A stretch of 64,000 bases of DNA from an uncultured Bacteroidales bacterium (GTDB taxonomy: Bacteria; Bacteroidota; Bacteroidia; Bacteroidales; CAZLJX01): assembly GCA_964559985.1 (NCBI GenBank), contig CAZLJX010000007.1, positions 13 to 64,012 of the forward strand, read 5' to 3'. The notes under the pieces are model-generated. The model saw only the letters and a list, made by a program, of their open reading frames with translations, did not search any database and had not been told where the DNA came from. This document shows positions 58,773-64,000 of this stretch, piece after piece (the stretch's first letter is position 1; the number at the start of each line of letters is the position of its first letter). A program made the position numbers and the translations under genes.

Positions 58773-60644
58773 TTATGTTTTAGCCCGCTGAGGCCTGATC
58801 ATATTTTCAGGTGTAAGAATTTCATCGAGCTGTTCTTTGGTAAGCAGCTTTTTCTCAAGCACCAGTTCGTACACCCCTTTATTTTGTTCCAATGCTTCTT
58901 TTGCAACCTGTGTAGATGCTTCGTAACCAATTACCGGATTCAGAGCGGTTACCAGTCCAATACTGTTTTCTACAAGTTGCCGGCATCGCTTTTCATTGGC
59001 AGTAATACCATCAATGCATTTGAGGCGCAGGGTATTCATTCCGTTTTTGAGCATTTCTATGGATTCGAAGAGGCTCTGAACAATTACAGGTTCCATGACA
59101 TTCAGTTCAAGTTGTCCGGCTTCAACGGCAAAAGTCACTGTAAGATCATTACCTATAACTTTGTAGGCAATCTGGTTAACCACTTCGGGGATTACCGGGT
59201 TTACTTTTCCAGGCATGATGGACGATCCGGGCTGCATAGGTGGCAGATTTATCTCGTTAATTCCGGTCCGTGGTCCTGATGACAGTAACCTCAAATCGCT
59301 GCATATTTTTGAAAGTTTAACCGCAAGGCGTTTAATGGCAGAGGAATACATGATAAATGCCCCGGAGTCCTGGGTAGCTTCGACCAGGTTTTTTGCCAGC
59401 ACCATGTCAAACCCTGTAATTGAGGCAAGGTGCATTACGCATTTTTCTGCATATCCTTCAACACTGTTTATTCCTGTGCCAATGGCGGTTGCTCCCATAT
59501 TAACCTCAAGAAAAAGCCTGACATTCTGCTCCAGCCGGTCGGTTTCTTCCGATAATGTAACAGCCCAGGCTTCAAATTCCTGTCCAAGGGTCATGGGTAC
59601 AGCATCCTGCAACTGAGTACGTCCCATTTTGATAACATGGGAAAATTCCTTTGCCTTGCGGTTAAACGAGTCAATAAGATCGTTCAGGGTTTCAATAAGA
59701 CCTATATTGGCAAATAATAAGGCAATTTTTATTGCAGTAGGGTATGCATCGTTGGTTGATTGGGACAGATTAACATGATTGTTGGGATGGCAAAACTGGT
59801 ATTCACCTTTCTGATGCCCGAGCAGCTCAAGGGCACGGTTGGCAATTACTTCGTTGGCATTCATATTGGTCGATGTTCCGGCCCCTCCCTGTATCATATC
59901 CACAACAAAATGACGGTGATACTTGCCATTGATAATTTCATTGCATGCACCGATTATGGCATTGGCAACAGGGGGTTCAATCAGTCCAAGATCAAGATTA
60001 GCCATGGTTGCTCCCATTTTAACAATAGCCAGTGATTTAATAAATTGTGGAAAAAAACTAAGTGTAATTCCACTAATGTTAAAATTTTCCATTCCCCTTA
60101 ATGTCTGAATACCATAATAGGCTTCGTCAGGAACCTGGCGTTCGCCAAGCAGATCGTGTTCGTTACGGTATTTGCCTGATATATATTGACTCCCGGGGTT
60201 TACGACATGCGAATTGGCATGATGCATGCGGCGGGTAATCACCCTGCCCAGCTGTGTAAACATTTTAAGGGCTATTTCGTGATTCTGCCTGAAAAGCGAC
60301 AGAATATCCTCTTTTTTCAGCTTATAGGTTTTCACATCGGTAACAGCCCGGCAGTTGGTGGTATGCGGAGAATTATCGAACAAACAACCTTCGCCCATAA
60401 AATCGCCCCTGGTAAAATAGGCCAGTCTTTTCTCTTTTCCATGTGCCGTGGTTTTATATAATTCACATTCACCTCCTGCAATAATATGAATGGCAGCGCG
60501 TGGACCATTTTCCTGGAAAATGATTGAACCTGGCTTAAACTCCTGAAGTGAAAAATGCATGCATGTTTCTTTCAGTTCGTCCATGGTTAATGTTTCAAAC
60601 AGGTTGACCTGCTGGATAAATTCACAAAGTTTAATTTCGCTCAT
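58773..60644 (-). CDS. aspA: Aspartate ammonia-lyase with N-terminal cNMP-binding (CAP_ED-like) domain
   Basis: aa ~10-140: IIFQEN..., GECELYK, RGDFMGEGCLFDNSPHTTNCRA. aa ~155-623: DLLGERQVP..YYGIQTLR, QGGAGTSTNMNANEV, SQSTNDAYPT, KMGRTQLQDA, GSSIMPGKVNP. Confidence 0.93.
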   Translation of the reverse strand: MSEIKLCEFIQQVNLFETLTMDELKETCMHFSLQEFKPGSIIFQENGPRAAIHIIAGGECELYKTTAHGKEKRLAYFTRGDFMGEGCLFDNSPHTTNCRAVTDVKTYKLKKEDILSLFRQNHEIALKMFTQLGRVITRRMHHANSHVVNPGSQYISGKYRNEHDLLGERQVPDEAYYGIQTLRGMENFNISGITLSFFPQFIKSLAIVKMGATMANLDLGLIEPPVANAIIGACNEIINGKYHRHFVVDMIQGGAGTSTNMNANEVIANRALELLGHQKGEYQFCHPNNHVNLSQSTNDAYPTAIKIALLFANIGLIETLNDLIDSFNRKAKEFSHVIKMGRTQLQDAVPMTLGQEFEAWAVTLSEETDRLEQNVRLFLEVNMGATAIGTGINSVEGYAEKCVMHLASITGFDMVLAKNLVEATQDSGAFIMYSSAIKRLAVKLSKICSDLRLLSSGPRTGINEINLPPMQPGSSIMPGKVNPVIPEVVNQIAYKVIGNDLTVTFAVEAGQLELNVMEPVIVQSLFESIEMLKNGMNTLRLKCIDGITANEKRCRQLVENSIGLVTALNPVIGYEASTQVAKEALEQNKGVYELVLEKKLLTKEQLDEILTPENMIRPQRAKT

Positions 60645-60719
60645 TGTAATATAATTTTAGCAATTATTAACGGAGAGAAGATACAAAAAGTTTTTGATGT
60701 TTGAATCAAATCATTGATG

Positions 60720-60750
60720 CAGGTTTCAATTTTAAAGTAAACAGGTTTCA
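60720..60750. promoter_or_regulatory. 9-bp direct repeat (22-bp period) in the divergent aspA / membrane-protein promoter region
   Basis: CAGGTTTCA at 60720-60728 and 60742-60750. Confidence 0.35.
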
Positions 60751-60866
60751 GTATAAAACAGACCATCTTTATATTGTGTTTTCAGAAGCCATGTTTAATG
60801 AAAGGGTAATAAATTATTATTGCTATTTTAGTTCCCTGTAAAATATGAAGCAATTGAGAAAATAAT

Positions 60867-61403
60867 ATGAAACCCGATATTAAAAAATTATTTGAACCCC
60901 ATGAAATATCAGAAACAGGTGAAAATTCTATGATATTGACATACCACCAGGGTTGTATAGAAACAGCACTGGCCTGGTTTATAAGGTTGCTTTTTCCGAT
61001 AATAAACCTGCTTATCGCTATTGTTGAAACCATATGCATTGTTAACGGCTTATTGATGGATGAACTTATCATTGCAGTGGGTGTACATCTTGCCTTGATA
61101 TTGTTTTCATATTATCTGGTTTACAATTTTCCACCGGTAAGAGTAACTTTTGAAAACAAAAAGCTTGTATTAAAAAAGAAAAAGTTCATTTCAGGTACGC
61201 GTACTATTGAGTTAGAATGGGAACAGTTACAAAAAATCAGATCATCTGTTTTTTCAGTTAAGGGGGTTCTTAAACTTGAAATGCACGTAATAACCAAGGA
61301 TGGGAGGCGTATCTTATTATTCAGGCCTATTATTAAAAACCATGAAGAGGGTAACTTGATCAAGGAATATATTGCAGGTAAACTTAAACTTCAGGTTAGT
61401 TAA
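60867..61403 (+). CDS. Hypothetical membrane protein (2 TM plus a basic, possibly PH-like C-domain)
   Basis: Two hydrophobic helices, then RVTFENKKLVLK...IELEWEQLQKI. Confidence 0.6.
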   Translation: MKPDIKKLFEPHEISETGENSMILTYHQGCIETALAWFIRLLFPIINLLIAIVETICIVNGLLMDELIIAVGVHLALILFSYYLVYNFPPVRVTFENKKLVLKKKKFISGTRTIELEWEQLQKIRSSVFSVKGVLKLEMHVITKDGRRILLFRPIIKNHEEGNLIKEYIAGKLKLQVS

Positions 61404-61544
61404 ACCGGTGCTCCTTCGTTAACCAATAAATGTGAGGCATTGGTTGTATACTATTACCTATCAGCCGGTTTCTCTCATTATTGTAACCAACAATGTCATT
61501 GGTTTATCCGGTAATTACATCTAATAAAAAATGACATCTATAGC

Positions 61545-61577
61545 AAAAAAATAGCCCCGCCAGAACGGCAGGGCTAT
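61545..61577 (-). terminator. Intrinsic terminator after the acyl-CoA dehydrogenase gene
   Basis: Minus strand ATAGCCCTGCC-GTTCT-GGCGGGGCTAT followed by a T-run. Confidence 0.85.
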
Positions 61578-61594
61578 ATATTCAAAATACATTT

Positions 61595-63367
61595 TTAAAA
61601 CTTATATAAATTATCTTCAATCAGCTTGTCGGCAATACGGCGGCGTGCATCTTTCACATTTACTGGTTTAACAGAGGTCAGTACCGAAACGGCACGCAAC
61701 AACTGATCAAGATTTGCCGGATTCATTGAAGAGAATGCATCACTGGCAAGTTTGCTGATTCTGGCAGCTGCATCGTAAACAAAAACATCAAGAATATCTT
61801 TGTAAATACTTGCATTGCCACTTTTCTGTCCCAGTTTTTCGACTCTCAATGCCAGTGATTCTGCCACATATAGATTCATGATCATATCTGATATATTATT
61901 AAGTACTTCCTGTTCCTGTGCAATTTTTTTATCGAATTGCTTCTGGGCAGCTAAAATGGCGACCAGCACCAGCTTCTTGAAATTAGCTGCATATCGTTTT
62001 TTCTCTTCAAAATATCCCTCACCGGTTTTTTGACCGTCAGATACCGATGCCAGTGCATCATAAACTTTTTGAGCTTCGCCAAACAGGTCATAATCGCCTT
62101 TCATGGCACGTTTCATGGCTGTATCGACAACCAGCAGGCGGTTAATTTCGTTGGTACCTTCAAAAATACGGTTGATGCGTGAATCGCGGTAGCTCCTTTC
62201 AACGGCCATCTCAGCCGAATAGCCCATGCCACCATGAATCTGTACCCCTTCGTCAACAACAAAATCGAGCATTTCTGATCCATATACTTTCAGAATGGCA
62301 TCTTCAACAGCATAATGACTGATGGCCTCGATGGTGGCACGGCCTTTTTCCATACCCCCTGCAAGAAAATGGTCAAGCATCACATCAATATCCTTGCTAA
62401 CACGGTAAATGGCTGATTCGTGAGCAAATTGTCTGATCACCATTTCGGCAAGTTTATGCTTTATTGCGCCGAAGGTACTGATATGAACTCCAAATTGCTT
62501 GCGTTCGTTGGCATATTTTACCGAATTGGTAATGGTTTCTTTGGCAGCACCAATGACATTGGCACCCAATTTCATACGTCCCATGTGAAGAATACTGAGA
62601 GCAACCCGGAAACCTTCTCCCCGCTGACCTATCAGATTTTCAACCGGTACTTTCACATCGTTATAATATATCTGTGCTGTTGATGAACCTTTAATTCCCA
62701 TTTTATGTTCATCGGGACCAATTACGACACCGGGATAATTTTTTTCAACAATAAAAGCACTTAATACGCGGTCGTTGTCAATTTTTGCAAATACAACCTG
62801 GGTATCGGCAAAACCAGCATTGGTAATCCACATTTTCTGTCCGTTGATGATATAATATTTACCATCATCCGATAGTTTTGCCTGGGTTTTACCTGAATTG
62901 GCATCACTTCCAGCGCCCGGTTCGGTAAGGCAGTAACAACCGATTAATTCACCGGTTGCCAGTTTTGTAACATAGCGCTGGCGTTGGTCTTCGTTGCCAT
63001 AATACATAATGGGTAAAGTGCCTATACCACAATGTGCCATAAAAGCTACCGAAAAAGAATAACCTGCCCCGATAGTCTCGGCAACCAGCATTTGTGTAAG
63101 AAATGATTGTCCGAAACCTCCATATTGTTCAGGAATGGAAACACCCATCAAACCGAGCTCGCCCGCTTTTTTCAGTATCGATTTCATCAGTTCGCGGTCG
63201 CCTTTGTCAAGATTGTCAAGATTTGGGTAAACCTCGGTTACAATAAAATCGCGGCAGGTTTGGGCAATCATTTTTTGTTCTTCATCGAATTCTTCGGGTA
63301 TAAAAACATCTTTGGCATCGATATTCTTCACGAGGAATTCACCACTTTTTAGCAAAATATTTTCCAT
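61595..63367 (-). CDS. Acyl-CoA dehydrogenase (long, FadE-like)
   Basis: YCLTEPGAGSDA, GQKMWITNAG, KMGIKGSST, RKQFG, QIHGGMGY, RIFEGTNEINR, C-terminal extension. Confidence 0.95.
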   Translation of the reverse strand: MENILLKSGEFLVKNIDAKDVFIPEEFDEEQKMIAQTCRDFIVTEVYPNLDNLDKGDRELMKSILKKAGELGLMGVSIPEQYGGFGQSFLTQMLVAETIGAGYSFSVAFMAHCGIGTLPIMYYGNEDQRQRYVTKLATGELIGCYCLTEPGAGSDANSGKTQAKLSDDGKYYIINGQKMWITNAGFADTQVVFAKIDNDRVLSAFIVEKNYPGVVIGPDEHKMGIKGSSTAQIYYNDVKVPVENLIGQRGEGFRVALSILHMGRMKLGANVIGAAKETITNSVKYANERKQFGVHISTFGAIKHKLAEMVIRQFAHESAIYRVSKDIDVMLDHFLAGGMEKGRATIEAISHYAVEDAILKVYGSEMLDFVVDEGVQIHGGMGYSAEMAVERSYRDSRINRIFEGTNEINRLLVVDTAMKRAMKGDYDLFGEAQKVYDALASVSDGQKTGEGYFEEKKRYAANFKKLVLVAILAAQKQFDKKIAQEQEVLNNISDMIMNLYVAESLALRVEKLGQKSGNASIYKDILDVFVYDAAARISKLASDAFSSMNPANLDQLLRAVSVLTSVKPVNVKDARRRIADKLIEDNLYKF

Positions 63368-63388
63368 ATCAGGTATTATTTATTGTTA

Positions 63389-64000
63389 TTACAAATCGAG
63401 CGCCTGAACGACAAGTTCGGCAATATCTAAATTTTTCATTTCTTCTTCTTTATTTTTGTATTTGATCCCATCGGTCATCATGGTCATACAAAACGGGCAT
63501 GCAGTGGCAATAACGGTGGCCCCTGTTTTCAGAACATCTTCGGTGCGTTCGATAAACACTTCTTTATTTCCTTTTTCTGCTTCTTTAAACATCTGTGCAC
63601 CTCCGGCTCCGCAACAAAGGGCAAAACTCCTGTTACGGTGCATCTCATAAATTTTCCCGGCTAAATGTTTCAGAATCCGGCGGGGTGGCTCATATATATT
63701 ATTTGCCCTGCCAAGGTAGCATGGGTCATGGTAGGTTATTTTTACTGAAGCCAGGGTTTCTTTATTAATGTTGAGCTTCTTTTCAGCCATGGCATTATCA
63801 ATGAATTCAAGATAATTAATTACTTCGTACTGGCCACCAAGGTCGGGGTATTCGTTTTTAAAAATATTGTAACAATGCGGGCAAATGGTAATAATTTTTT
63901 TTATTTCATAAGCTTTAAACAATTCAATATTCTGTAAAGCCTGCATCTGATAAAGCATTTCATTACCGGCCCTCCTGGCAGGGTCTCCTGTACATGATTC
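63389..64000 (-). CDS. CCG-domain Fe-S protein (FadF/HdrD-like), 3' part; runs off the right edge of the window
   Basis: Frame is open to 64000 (ESCTGDPARRAGNE...); TICPHC, TYHDPCYLGR, LCCGAGG, TACPFCMTM. Confidence 0.9.
   Translation of the reverse strand, partial: ESCTGDPARRAGNEMLYQMQALQNIELFKAYEIKKIITICPHCYNIFKNEYPDLGGQYEVINYLEFIDNAMAEKKLNINKETLASVKITYHDPCYLGRANNIYEPPRRILKHLAGKIYEMHRNRSFALCCGAGGAQMFKEAEKGNKEVFIERTEDVLKTGATVIATACPFCMTMMTDGIKYKNKEEEMKNLDIAELVVQALDL

Noticed and set aside
58773-60644. Fumarase FumC
   Set aside because: QGGAGTSTNMNANEV and SQSTNDAYPT match AspA rather than FumC (GSGT..NMN, QSSND).
61402-61511. CRISPR array or mini-array
   Set aside because: Only two imperfect units of unequal length, no constant repeat-spacer periodicity, and no cas genes.

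Overview
64 kb of mostly core chromosome from an AT-rich Bacteroidota (probably Bacteroidales/Marinilabiliales-like) bacterium. The assignment rests on TAnnTTTG promoter elements and phylum-typical loci: bEBP-lptE-hyp-secG-groES-groEL, glgA-DUF4270-glmS/panCD, topA-arginase-like-porP-porKLMN (type IX secretion), and acpP-fabF-rnc. No integrase, transposase, reverse transcriptase, phage gene or CRISPR array was seen. Six things stand out. (1) An intact archaeal-type gatE-gatD pair (Glu-tRNA(Gln) amidotransferase GatDE, classically archaea-specific) at 39.6-43.0 kb. (2) Right beside it, a 3-gene cassette with two tandem lipoprotein caspase-like (C14) proteases; their N-termini are unrelated but their catalytic domains are almost identical at DNA level, with a gene-conversion-like mosaic. 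(3) An aspartate ammonia-lyase fused to an N-terminal cNMP-binding-fold domain. (4) An unannotated ~115-nt rod-shaped RNA with a central bubble (6S RNA candidate) upstream of ppk2. (5) A membrane hybrid sensor whose kinase core looks degenerate. (6) An arginase-fold protein lacking metal ligands just upstream of the T9SS operon. All family assignments come from motif recognition by eye; no database searches were run.
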